From NCBI GenBank assembly GCA_965116795.1, contig OZ220716.1, positions 717,067 to 781,066 on the forward strand: a stretch of 64,000 nucleotides of DNA, in the 5' to 3' direction. The translations under genes were made by a program, and so were the position numbers. The DNA comes from Gammaproteobacteria bacterium. Its GTDB lineage: Bacteria > Pseudomonadota > Gammaproteobacteria > JAJFKG01. Below are positions 40,430-49,739 of this stretch, piece after piece; positions within the stretch are counted from its first letter, which is position 1; the number at the start of each line of letters is the position of its first letter. The notes under the pieces are model-generated. The model had not been told where the DNA came from. It saw only the letters and a program-made list of their open reading frames with translations, and ran no database searches.

Positions 40430-41074
40430 TTAATGCTCATTATATACTAACCGAATAGTAAAGCTCATCGGTTGTTGTACTTGATTAGGTGATAATGTCA
40501 TTGGTGATGCAGCTGTTAGCGTGTGTTGTGCTGCTTGATCAAGCAAGCTATTACCACTCGATTGTACGATATTAATGTCTTGGATCTTTCCAGTTGGTAA
40601 TAATTGAAATTGCAACCATACCGTGCCAGTTTGTTTACGTGCGGCTGCTAATGGTGGATAAAAATGATATTGTTGAATGTGGTTATGAATTAAAGTAAGC
40701 AATTCTGAATTACCTTGTTCAGTTAACTGACCACTGCCTGCAGTTGTATTGGTTGTCGCATTAGTAGTTTGCTTGTTTTTGTAATTGGTAGTGGCTGTTG
40801 TTTTAATTGATATTGATGATGGTGTGATTTTTGGTGTATGTGTTGGATTTAATTTGTGAAGTGTATGTGTGGTGCGTGTATTACTGCCTTTTACATGACG
40901 ATGTAATGCTGTCCATGGAAATAAATAAGAATGAATAAGATGTACATGAGGTGTTCCAGCACGCTGACTATTTTGATGTATAAAATTTAAAAATGTTAAG
41001 AATAGTATCCAATGCAATGCGATTGCGAGCAATAAACAAATAGCCAAACCTTTTTTTTGTTGCCAGTGTATCAT
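40430..41074 (-). CDS. tonB: TonB-family energy transducer. The probable start is the internal ATG 41072-41074 (protein MIHWQQKKG...), overlapping the upstream stop codon.
   Basis: N-terminal TM anchor, low-complexity spacer, C-terminal TonB domain (...GTVWLQFQLLPTGKIQDINIVQSSGNSLLDQAA...). Confidence 0.7.
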   Translation of the reverse strand: MIHWQQKKGLAICLLLAIALHWILFLTFLNFIHQNSQRAGTPHVHLIHSYLFPWTALHRHVKGSNTRTTHTLHKLNPTHTPKITPSSISIKTTATTNYKNKQTTNATTNTTAGSGQLTEQGNSELLTLIHNHIQQYHFYPPLAAARKQTGTVWLQFQLLPTGKIQDINIVQSSGNSLLDQAAQHTLTAASPMTLSPNQVQQPMSFTIRLVYNEH

Positions 41075-43020
41075 AGGAATCGATAATGTATAGTTAATAA
41101 AAAATTTCGTCTTGGCGCTGGGTAATAACCCAGTGATGATGCCCAAGGTTGAAATACGACATAATTGTAATATTTCTTATTAGTAATGTTATTAATACGG
41201 CTTGTTACTCCAAATCCTTTGTATTGATAATGGATTGCTGCATTATATATAGTATAGCCGCCGATTAGATGTTTATTCTCATCATCGCCCGCTGCAAACA
41301 TTTTTCCAGTAAAAATAGTTTCTGCTAATAATTGCCAATGAGTAAATAAATGATAATTGGCTGATATACGTGCCATATTTTTGGCAACGAATGGGATCTG
41401 CTTGCCTGAAAAAGGGCCACTGGAATAGTGACCATCGGTATACGTATAATTACCGTTTAGTGTTAATCGTGGGATCACATTTAATCTACTATCCAATAAC
41501 AATCCACGACGACGAGTTGGGTCGAGATTACGGTTTGTTGCTATTCCATGACGATTATGATCTGGTGGCATATATGCAATTTCGTTACGCAAATTAAGTT
41601 GATAAACTGCAGCACTGAGTTGATATTGTGTCGATTGCCAACGAACCCCAATTTCATAGGAAACGCCAGTTTGTGTTTTCAGGGCGTTAATCTGATTAGG
41701 ATGTATATTGTTTTGTTCATCTACTTTTGGAAAGCGATAATTACCACTGCGACGAACATAACCAGTTAATTGTGGAATAAATTGATACTGTAAGCCTAAC
41801 TCAGATACCCATGCGTTGTTATCAAATTGTTTCCCATTAAGTTTTCCTTGTAGCCATGCACCACGTGTACCAATGATTGTCTGCAAATGTTGCCCAATCG
41901 GTAATTGTAATTGGGTATAAACTGATTGCTTAGCTTGTTTATCATTGATGTTATATTGGTTATGTGGGGTTGTGTTGAGTGAATAACAATCATGTTCGAA
42001 ATTGGCACCAAATCGCCAAGTCAGCGGCCGTTTAAATAACCGATAATGCGCAATTAACAATGGATTTATTTGCATACTATTACGCGATTGAGTTAATTCA
42101 AATGTGGTATATGTGCTGTCTCCATGCGTCCACCATTGCGATAAATCGGTTTGTAGTGACCAGTGTGGGGTTAGCCAATGTTCAAATCCACCGGTTAAGA
42201 TAGTGCTAGTATCGTCTGCAAAATCATGTTTTCTATCAGGATCAACACCGCGACGATCAGTATTGAGTTGTTTTTTGGTTACACTCCCTGGCAAATTAAC
42301 ATCATGTTGACGATATTGCCCTTGAATAAATGCAGAGCCACGATCGTAACGATAACCAAGCCGTAACGAACTACCACCAGTATCTAATTGATTATGTTTG
42401 CGATAGTTATTACTAACATGCTTGTCACTGTCGACTTGTATGTTTATACCATTGCTAAACATATTTGCTGCACTTGCATATGCATCAATTGTTTGATAGC
42501 TACCATATTGTAATGACGTTTTGCCAGCTAATTTGTCTGCTTGTTGAGTAATAATGTTAATAACACCGCCAACGGCTTGATCACCATATAATACGCCAGC
42601 ACTGGCTGGGAAAATTTCAATACGTTGTATACTAGCTAATGGAATCGTACTTAAGTCAGCTCCTGCCATATCTGGGTTAGTTAAACGTCTGCCGTCGACT
42701 AGGATTAACGTATTTTGTGTAGCATTACTGCCAAAACCACGCATACTAATGGTTGCTCGTTGCAGGTCATTACTGCTCGTATAAACGCGTAAGCCAGGTT
42801 GGCCATTAAGTAATTGTACTAAGCTGCTAGCACCGCTGTTATTAATTTGAGTTCTATTAATGATGGTTGTATTTGCTAATTCAGTTAGTACTGTTGTTGA
42901 TTGTTGTGGTGCAGTAACGATTACATCAGGTACAGGTATCGGTGTTGCTGTTGCAGCAAACGTTGCATGAACTGATAATAATAAAATAAAAGTAATAACG
43001 TAATAGTACTTACTATGCAC
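41071..43020 (-). CDS. btuB: TonB-dependent outer-membrane receptor, BtuB-like (vitamin B12 / corrinoid transporter)
   Basis: Signal peptide; TonB box PDVIVTA (compare BtuB DTLVVTA); C-terminal ...HYRFL beta-barrel terminus. A cobalamin riboswitch lies in the 5' leader. Confidence 0.8.
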   Translation of the reverse strand: MHSKYYYVITFILLLSVHATFAATATPIPVPDVIVTAPQQSTTVLTELANTTIINRTQINNSGASSLVQLLNGQPGLRVYTSSNDLQRATISMRGFGSNATQNTLILVDGRRLTNPDMAGADLSTIPLASIQRIEIFPASAGVLYGDQAVGGVINIITQQADKLAGKTSLQYGSYQTIDAYASAANMFSNGINIQVDSDKHVSNNYRKHNQLDTGGSSLRLGYRYDRGSAFIQGQYRQHDVNLPGSVTKKQLNTDRRGVDPDRKHDFADDTSTILTGGFEHWLTPHWSLQTDLSQWWTHGDSTYTTFELTQSRNSMQINPLLIAHYRLFKRPLTWRFGANFEHDCYSLNTTPHNQYNINDKQAKQSVYTQLQLPIGQHLQTIIGTRGAWLQGKLNGKQFDNNAWVSELGLQYQFIPQLTGYVRRSGNYRFPKVDEQNNIHPNQINALKTQTGVSYEIGVRWQSTQYQLSAAVYQLNLRNEIAYMPPDHNRHGIATNRNLDPTRRRGLLLDSRLNVIPRLTLNGNYTYTDGHYSSGPFSGKQIPFVAKNMARISANYHLFTHWQLLAETIFTGKMFAAGDDENKHLIGGYTIYNAAIHYQYKGFGVTSRINNITNKKYYNYVVFQPWASSLGYYPAPRRNFLLTIHYRFL

Positions 43021-43204
43021 TAGCTAAGCCCTCCGCAAAGCGTTTATGAAACATAACAGTCTGCTACTGTATGTTGAGTTAGTCTTTAAAATTCAACATT
43101 CATTGCAGATGTGAGACTATGCGGATAGGTCTCCGGGCTTATAAGTAGCACTATACTTTTTAAGTATTCATCAAATTGCACATTAACCAATTCCTTCCCA
43201 TACA

Positions 43205-43348
43205 ATAAAACACAGTGGCTAATTTGGCTAATGCTGTATTAAACAATAATACAGATCCTTATTTACCGTTGCGGGGGCAGCGTTGGCTTTATAGGCTTTG
43301 GGTTAATACGCAAAGCCACCAACTTCCCTACATCATCAAATTACTATT
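43205..43348 (-). ncRNA. cobalamin (AdoCbl) riboswitch in the btuB leader
   Basis: The minus strand reads ...GGGAAGTTGGTGGCTTTGCG...CCAACGCTGCCCCCGCAACGGTAAAT...(48 nt)...GCCACTG. The conserved GGGAA/GGTG core, the GCCCCCGCAACGGTAA element and the B12 box GCCACTG are present in the expected order. Confidence 0.8.
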
Positions 43349-43509
43349 ATCGATAATGTGCTAGTTCAATAGCATCCGACGGCAGGCACTCTAGATCAGA
43401 GTCTAATGACTGTCAAATTGGTAATGTAATGATTGGCTGAATAGTTACAATTTGAGTAGCTATTCAGTCGATCTTTACGTTACCAAAAAACGTCAGCTTT
43501 GAGTGGAGG

Positions 43510-43584
43510 TTGTCAGAAAATGTAAATAAAAAAGCGCAGTGTATTAGGCATACATGAGCACTTTTTATTTACATTTTCTGACAA
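43510..43584. repeat. long near-perfect palindrome (about 24-bp arms: TTGTCAGAAAATGTAAATAAAAAAG … CTTTTTATTTACATTTTCTGACAA, 26-nt loop)
   Basis: Read directly. Located between the divergent btuB leader and the cNMP-binding gene. Confidence 0.6.
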
Positions 43585-43747
43585 GATCCGCCAAAGATGG
43601 CGTTTTCCTTAGTAGTGCCTAAGTAGTTACCTCAAATTGACTATATTGATATACCTATAAGTGGAATGAGAATTGCATATTGCTCCGGACTCAAATAATA
43701 CCCAACTGCATGGATCTGAATTAATTAACTGTAAGGCAAGTAAGCTG

Positions 43748-44176
43748 ATGATTACCCTAGAAAAAATTTTAATTCTCAAAAGTGTTGATCTGTTTAAAGA
43801 AACACCTGACGAATTATTGACAGATATTGCTAATGTGCTGCATATGCGTACAGCTAGTCGTGATGAAACAATTATCCATGCTGATGAACCAGGTAACTCA
43901 ATGTTTATTATTGTTGAAGGTAAAGTACGTGTACATCGAGGTAAGCAAACGTTAGCAACATTAGGTGTACACGATGTATTTGGTGAATTATCTGCACTCG
44001 ATCCTGAACCACGTGTTGCTTCTGTATCTGCGTTGGAAGATGTATTGTTATTTGTGATTAGACGTGAAGAATTGTATGAAATCATGAGTCTTAATGTTGG
44101 CATTACACGTGGGATCATCAAAGTATTATGTAATCGTATTCGTTCAATTTCCAAGCAATTAATGGTCATGAAGTAA
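43748..44176 (+). CDS. cyclic-nucleotide-binding domain protein (single CAP-family effector domain). The track ORF extends upstream to 43673.
   Basis: ...FGELSALDPEPRVASVSALEDVLLFVIRREELYEIM... is a cNMP-binding beta-roll with the phosphate-binding cassette (FGELSAL...RVASVSA). Confidence 0.75.
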   Translation: MITLEKILILKSVDLFKETPDELLTDIANVLHMRTASRDETIIHADEPGNSMFIIVEGKVRVHRGKQTLATLGVHDVFGELSALDPEPRVASVSALEDVLLFVIRREELYEIMSLNVGITRGIIKVLCNRIRSISKQLMVMK

Positions 44177-44177
44177 G

Positions 44178-47003
44178 ATGCAATTAGAAGATCCTGACTT
44201 ATCATCTCATATATCACATCAGCAGCATAAATCGATTGCGCACAGTAAGAGAATTGCAGTCTGTATTGCTAATGGAACATTGTCTGGTTTTAATCAGACA
44301 TTATTGCTCATTTTACCTATTGCTATCTTCTTGCCAATATTTAGCATTAATACGTTGCCATTTGTTTATGTAAGCATAATACTCATTAATTTCATTTTAC
44401 ATAAAGCACATGGAAAATTTAGCAAACATATTAGTTCAGCAAAGCCAACATTTTTCTACAGTATTTTAAGTGCTTTGCTTATTTTGGCACTGTGGTGGGA
44501 TTTAGTTTATTACACTCATTTGTGGGCGAGTTTTGCGTTGTTAATTGTATCAATCCCATTGATTAGCCTTAGTAACTTACAATTAAATGAATTAAATCGT
44601 TCATTATTACTGAATAACATGTATAGCATCCATCGTGCTGTCAATATTTGTCAGCTGGCAGCTATTGGGGTAGGTGGACTTATAGTTCCATTATTAGTGC
44701 TAACTTTTGGGGTGATTAACAGTTTATTAGTATTGTGCGTTAGCTTGTTGGCTCATAGTTTCTTTGTTTGCTTCTCACCAAAAATTTCTTTTAAAGCAGA
44801 TGAAGATATCGTTAAAAGCCATTTTGATCACCATGGGTCGCGTGCACTTACCATTTATATCATGAAGCTCATTGCTTATTCTGGAATGGGTGTATTTTGT
44901 TTTTACTTTATTAATATATTGTTTAATTCTATTGTGAAAGCAGAATTTATTTATCCAGATAATATCGCTATATTCTTGGGAGGATTTTTTTCTTTAATTG
45001 GCTTTGCATCATTGGCATTACACGTTTTTATCAATAAGTATTTAGTCAATCGTTTAGGGATCGCTATTTTATTAAATTTATGGCCTATTTTAATTATTGC
45101 TTGCAGTGCGATAATTATTGTGTTTATGCCTACTGCTTATATTATCGTTCCAGCAATTATCAGTTTGCAATTCATTGATGAAATGTTAAGAAGAGGTACA
45201 CTAAGCGAGATCCAAAGCTTGATTTACCAACCACTCTCTCCAGATGATCGAAGTTGGCTTGAAAATGACGTTAGGCCTGTTGTACGACTTATCGTAGGAT
45301 TTATCGCTAGTATGTTGATTCTTGTCTTAGACGCTAATTATGGAATGAATATTACCATGCTTATTACTGGTGTAATTATTGTTTCTGCCGCAATGTTATA
45401 TTTAATTCCAAGCATTAAAAAATTATATACCCTAAATTTAGTAAAGGCGCTGGGCAAACATCATTTAATTTCTCCTGATTTTACTATTCTTGATAAAACT
45501 AGTCTTAATATATTGAAGTCAGGACTTAAAAGTACACACACTGAGGTAGCCTTGTATAGTTTAGATGTGCTTGAAAAAACTAATGCACGGTTTTTACCGG
45601 AAGCAATTGAATACTGTTTACATCATGACAGAAGTGTTATACGAAAACGTGCACTTAATAAAGTGCGAAAACATAATTTTTTTCATTTGCGTAATGATGT
45701 GATTCGTTGTGCTCAAGATGATATTAGCGCAGATGTTCGGGGAGAAGCATTAATTACGTTAGGTACAATCGTTGGTGCAGGTGCAATTCCAATGATAAAA
45801 CGCTATACAGATAGTGATGAACCTGCTATACGTTCGAGTGCGATTATTAGTCTATTACAATCTTGTGGAACAGATGGTGCGTTGCTGGCTTCAGATAAAT
45901 TACATGCAATGGTTGAATATCCACTGCCAAGCGAACGTATATTGGCTGCTAAAATATTATTAGCTATTGATATTCGTGAATTTCATAATGCACTTAAAAA
46001 ATTGCTACATGACGATAATAATGAAGTGCGTAAGGCTGCATTAGAAGTGGCAAGTAAAGTCCCAGATCCAGAAATTATTAATACATTAATTGATTGTCTT
46101 AATTATCCACAATTGCGAGTGACAGCAATACGAACACTTAGCAAATTTAATAAGTTAGTTATTCCTAAATTAGCTGTTGCATTGGAAGAAAGTGAAAGTG
46201 TTCCAGATGTATTTAGAAGTATTACTATTGTGTTAAGTCAAATTGATTCGCCGATGTCTCGTGATCTCCTGTACCACTATATCGATAATTCCAATGCAAA
46301 ATTACGACATAGCTGTTTGGCAGCGCTACATCAGTATCATTTTAAAGCAACTAGTGATGCAGTTAATACAAAAATAAATAGTCTATTGAAAATGGAGGCA
46401 TCAATTTGTATTGAAATATTAGAAACACTGGCTGATATTGAAAAGTCTAATGCAACATTTTTATTAATTAACTTATTAGAATCACAGTTTAAGCAGCAGC
46501 AAGAAAATATAATCTATTTGTTATCATTCCATTATCCGGAAAAAGGTATTATGCGTGCATGGGATAATTTGCAGTCTAGTGATAAAAAGACTTCTGAATA
46601 TGGTATTGAATTGTTGGAGGGTTTGTTAACAGTTTCACATAAAATGTTGTTGATTCCGTTGCTTGAAAATAAGACGGTCTCTGAGAGAATTCAACGATTG
46701 CCACAATCACAAATGCATCAACAACAAGGTATGCCTAGTAGATTGCGTTATATTCTGCAAAGGAATACATATTTTAATCCATTAATTCAAGCCAGTGCAT
46801 TGTATGCGGCGACCTACATGAAGTTGAATGATATAGTGAGAATTGCTGAAGAAAAAATACAGAATCCAAATCCAATTATTCGTGAAACGGCATTATGGAC
46901 GTTATGGTTTTGTCGTCATATTAACTTTGCACAGCATGCAAAACGTTTATTAACCGACCCACATCCTACTGTAGCTAATGTAGCCAAAATACTTATGCGT
47001 TAG
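44178..47003 (+). CDS. 941-aa fusion of an N-terminal multi-pass transporter-like membrane domain with C-terminal HEAT/PBS-lyase-type repeats. Whether the membrane domain is NTT/TLC-like (ATP:ADP antiporter / MFS-like fold) is undetermined.
   Basis: About 430 aa with roughly 11-12 hydrophobic helices, then repeated about 30-aa units (…RSVIRKRALNKVRK…, …ADVRGEALITLGTIVGAGAIP…, …EPAIRSSAIISLLQ…, …NEVRKAALEVASKV…). The ATG is 2 nt after the cNMP gene stop. Confidence 0.6.
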   Translation: MQLEDPDLSSHISHQQHKSIAHSKRIAVCIANGTLSGFNQTLLLILPIAIFLPIFSINTLPFVYVSIILINFILHKAHGKFSKHISSAKPTFFYSILSALLILALWWDLVYYTHLWASFALLIVSIPLISLSNLQLNELNRSLLLNNMYSIHRAVNICQLAAIGVGGLIVPLLVLTFGVINSLLVLCVSLLAHSFFVCFSPKISFKADEDIVKSHFDHHGSRALTIYIMKLIAYSGMGVFCFYFINILFNSIVKAEFIYPDNIAIFLGGFFSLIGFASLALHVFINKYLVNRLGIAILLNLWPILIIACSAIIIVFMPTAYIIVPAIISLQFIDEMLRRGTLSEIQSLIYQPLSPDDRSWLENDVRPVVRLIVGFIASMLILVLDANYGMNITMLITGVIIVSAAMLYLIPSIKKLYTLNLVKALGKHHLISPDFTILDKTSLNILKSGLKSTHTEVALYSLDVLEKTNARFLPEAIEYCLHHDRSVIRKRALNKVRKHNFFHLRNDVIRCAQDDISADVRGEALITLGTIVGAGAIPMIKRYTDSDEPAIRSSAIISLLQSCGTDGALLASDKLHAMVEYPLPSERILAAKILLAIDIREFHNALKKLLHDDNNEVRKAALEVASKVPDPEIINTLIDCLNYPQLRVTAIRTLSKFNKLVIPKLAVALEESESVPDVFRSITIVLSQIDSPMSRDLLYHYIDNSNAKLRHSCLAALHQYHFKATSDAVNTKINSLLKMEASICIEILETLADIEKSNATFLLINLLESQFKQQQENIIYLLSFHYPEKGIMRAWDNLQSSDKKTSEYGIELLEGLLTVSHKMLLIPLLENKTVSERIQRLPQSQMHQQQGMPSRLRYILQRNTYFNPLIQASALYAATYMKLNDIVRIAEEKIQNPNPIIRETALWTLWFCRHINFAQHAKRLLTDPHPTVANVAKILMR

Positions 47004-47247
47004 TATTCTTTTTACTGTTAATTCAAGCGTTAAATTTAGTTTTAAGTAATAAGCTTAAATAGTTAAATGTTAGTTTACTCATAGCCAAATTCATAATATA
47101 TATTTCTATTGCGGAATCCAACTAAGCCAGGTAGGGTATATACTTCGTTGCAGCTCAAATAGTTCGTCGCTTCTATTTGTGACATTTTTAAATGCAATCA
47201 GTATAATGCTATTATCAATGCAAGTGCTTAGGGGGTTTGACAAAATA

Positions 47248-47880
47248 ATGAGAATAACAAATAGATTTTGGGTGATTAAGTTAAGTTGCATATTCATCTT
47301 TTTTGTAATCCACTTAACAAGTTGTAGTACACCACCAAAGCCAACCAATGTTGATAATATATGCGCTATTTTTTCTCAATATCCAGATTGGTATTGGGCA
47401 GCGCTTAAGTCTGAACGACGTTGGGGTGTGCCTATTGCTGTACAAATGTCGATTATGCGACAAGAGTCTTCTTTTAATGGGAAAGCAAAACCGTCGCGCA
47501 CTAAATTATTTGGTGTGGTTCCGTGGTTTCGCAAGTCAGATGCGTATGGCTATGCACAAGTAAAAGATGCCACATGGGCAGAATATAAAGAAAGTGCTGG
47601 CGGAATATTTTCATCGCGTTCAACATTTAAAGATGCCATCGATTTTATTGGTTGGTATGCTAACAATGCAAATCGCCGCGCGGGTATTTCTAAGTCAGAT
47701 GCATATCGTCTATACCTGGCTTATCATGAAGGTATTGGTGGTTATCAACGTGGGACTTACCGAGGTAAGCAATGGTTAATTCGAGTATCTAAACATGTTG
47801 CTGTACGTGCTGCTATATGGCGTCGCCAGTTACAAGGTTGCCAGAACAACATTCATAAATCTTGGTACGATTTCTTTTAA
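47248..47880 (+). CDS. lytic transglycosylase (SLT-domain) lipoprotein. The track ORF begins at 47179.
   Basis: Lipoprotein signal (…FFVIHLTSCS). SLT catalytic region QMSIMRQESSFNGKA…AYGYAQVKDATW (ES...GLMQ-type motif). Confidence 0.7.
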   Translation: MRITNRFWVIKLSCIFIFFVIHLTSCSTPPKPTNVDNICAIFSQYPDWYWAALKSERRWGVPIAVQMSIMRQESSFNGKAKPSRTKLFGVVPWFRKSDAYGYAQVKDATWAEYKESAGGIFSSRSTFKDAIDFIGWYANNANRRAGISKSDAYRLYLAYHEGIGGYQRGTYRGKQWLIRVSKHVAVRAAIWRRQLQGCQNNIHKSWYDFF

Positions 47881-48085
47881 CGGCTCAGTTACTATTAAGG
47901 GAAAGGCCATCTTTGGCAGATCTTGCCAGAAAATATCAGCAAAAAGCTTGTCCCAGGCTTGAACTGGGATGCTTTGCAGACCAATTCAACTGCTGAATCT
48001 AGGTTGAATGTTCAATGTTACATTATTATAAAAATACCGCTATGCTTAATCTTATTAACTGTTTCTCATTTGGGAGTGTCTTTGA

Positions 48086-49729
48086 ATGAAAGCATCTGAT
48101 CAGTTTATAAAAGCATTAGAAAATGAAGATGTTGAGTATATTTTTGGGATCCCAGGTGAAGAAAATTTAGATTTATTAGAATCAATCCGCAATTCTCAGA
48201 TTAAATTGATTATTACTCGTCATGAACAAGCTGCTGGTTTTATGGCAGCAACTTATGGGCGATTGACAGGTAAAACAGGTGTGTGTTTGTCGACACTTGG
48301 CCCTGGTGCGACTAACTTTGTGACTGCAGCAGCATATGCCAATTTAGGTGGTATGCCAATGTTAATGATCACTGGGCAGAAACCAATTTTAAAAAGTAAG
48401 CAGGGACAATTTCAAATTGTTAATATTGTTGAAATGATGCGCCCATTAACTAAGTTTACTCGGCAGATTGTCAATGGTAATCACATTCCCTCATTAATTC
48501 GAGAAGCATTTCGTATTAGTCAAGCCGAACGTCCAGGTGCTGTACACTTAGAATTACCCGAAGATATTGCCCAAGAAGATTGTGATGCTTCGTTATATAC
48601 AGTTACCAAACTGACATTACCTCATCCAGATGCAGCCAGTATTAATGCTGCAGTTGAATTAATTCAAGCAGCAAAACGCCCATTAGTATTGATCGGTGCT
48701 GGTGGTAATCGCAAAGCAATTTCTGCTGCATTGCGTCAATTTATTGATAAAACAGATATGTATTTTTTCAATACGCAAATGGGAAAAGGTGTACTAGATG
48801 AGCATGATCAACGTTTCTTGGGGACAGCGGCCTTATCTAATAATGATTATGTACATTGTGCAATTAGCCGTGCTGATTTAATCATTAATGTGGGTCATGA
48901 TGTGATTGAGAAACCGCCTTTCTTCATGCAGCTTGGCGAAAAACGTAAGGTTATTCATCTTAATTTTTTTCCAGCAAATATTGATGAAGTATATTTCCCA
49001 ACACTAGAAGTGATTGGCGATATTAGCTGTGCATTGCAACAGATAACAGACTTAATTAAAAAACAATCACATTGGGATTTTGCTTATTTTGCTACGATCA
49101 AACAAGAAGTTGATCAACATATCAGTCAACACAATGACGACCCACGTTTCCCAATCATGCCACAACGGTTAGTTCATGATGTACGTCGTGTATTACCCAA
49201 AGATGGTATTGCTGCGTTAGATAATGGCATGTATAAGATCTGGTTTGCACGTAATTTTAGTGCCTTTAATGCAAAAACATTACTATTAGATAATGCATTA
49301 GCTAGCATGGGTGCTGGGTTGCCTTCAGCAATTGCTGCTAAGATTGTCCATCCTAAGCGTAACGTGATAGCCATTTGTGGTGATGGTGGTTTCATGATGA
49401 ATTCGCAAGAATTAGAAACTGCAGTGACACTTGGGCTTGATTTAGTGGTTATTATTATTTGTGACAAAGCATACGGTATGATCAAATGGAAACAACAAGC
49501 AATGGGTTTGCATGATTTTGGTTTAGATTACAATAATCCTGACTTTGTGACATACGCCAAAGCTTATGGCGCAACAGGTCACCGTATTACACAAACCGAT
49601 CAATTTGCACAGACATTAACAACATGCTTACAACAAAAAGGTGTACATATTATTGAAGTGCCTGTAGATTATTCAGAAAATATACGCGTGTTAACAGATG
49701 AGTTGTTAGCGAAAACGTGTACCTTATAA
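48086..49729 (+). CDS. thiamine-diphosphate-dependent enzyme of the acetolactate-synthase / 2-oxo-acid decarboxylase family
   Basis: 547 aa. N-terminal Pyr domain (GIPGEENLDLLESI…), ThDP-binding motif ICGDGGFMMNSQELETAV…, no regulatory subunit nearby. Confidence 0.75.
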   Translation: MKASDQFIKALENEDVEYIFGIPGEENLDLLESIRNSQIKLIITRHEQAAGFMAATYGRLTGKTGVCLSTLGPGATNFVTAAAYANLGGMPMLMITGQKPILKSKQGQFQIVNIVEMMRPLTKFTRQIVNGNHIPSLIREAFRISQAERPGAVHLELPEDIAQEDCDASLYTVTKLTLPHPDAASINAAVELIQAAKRPLVLIGAGGNRKAISAALRQFIDKTDMYFFNTQMGKGVLDEHDQRFLGTAALSNNDYVHCAISRADLIINVGHDVIEKPPFFMQLGEKRKVIHLNFFPANIDEVYFPTLEVIGDISCALQQITDLIKKQSHWDFAYFATIKQEVDQHISQHNDDPRFPIMPQRLVHDVRRVLPKDGIAALDNGMYKIWFARNFSAFNAKTLLLDNALASMGAGLPSAIAAKIVHPKRNVIAICGDGGFMMNSQELETAVTLGLDLVVIIICDKAYGMIKWKQQAMGLHDFGLDYNNPDFVTYAKAYGATGHRITQTDQFAQTLTTCLQQKGVHIIEVPVDYSENIRVLTDELLAKTCTL

Positions 49730-49739
49730 GGATAAATAG

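Noticed and set aside
43627-44217. 196-aa minus-strand ORF covering the cNMP-binding gene
   Set aside because: The + strand product has a clean cNMP-binding beta-roll with phosphate-binding cassette. The antisense ORF is low complexity with no motifs.
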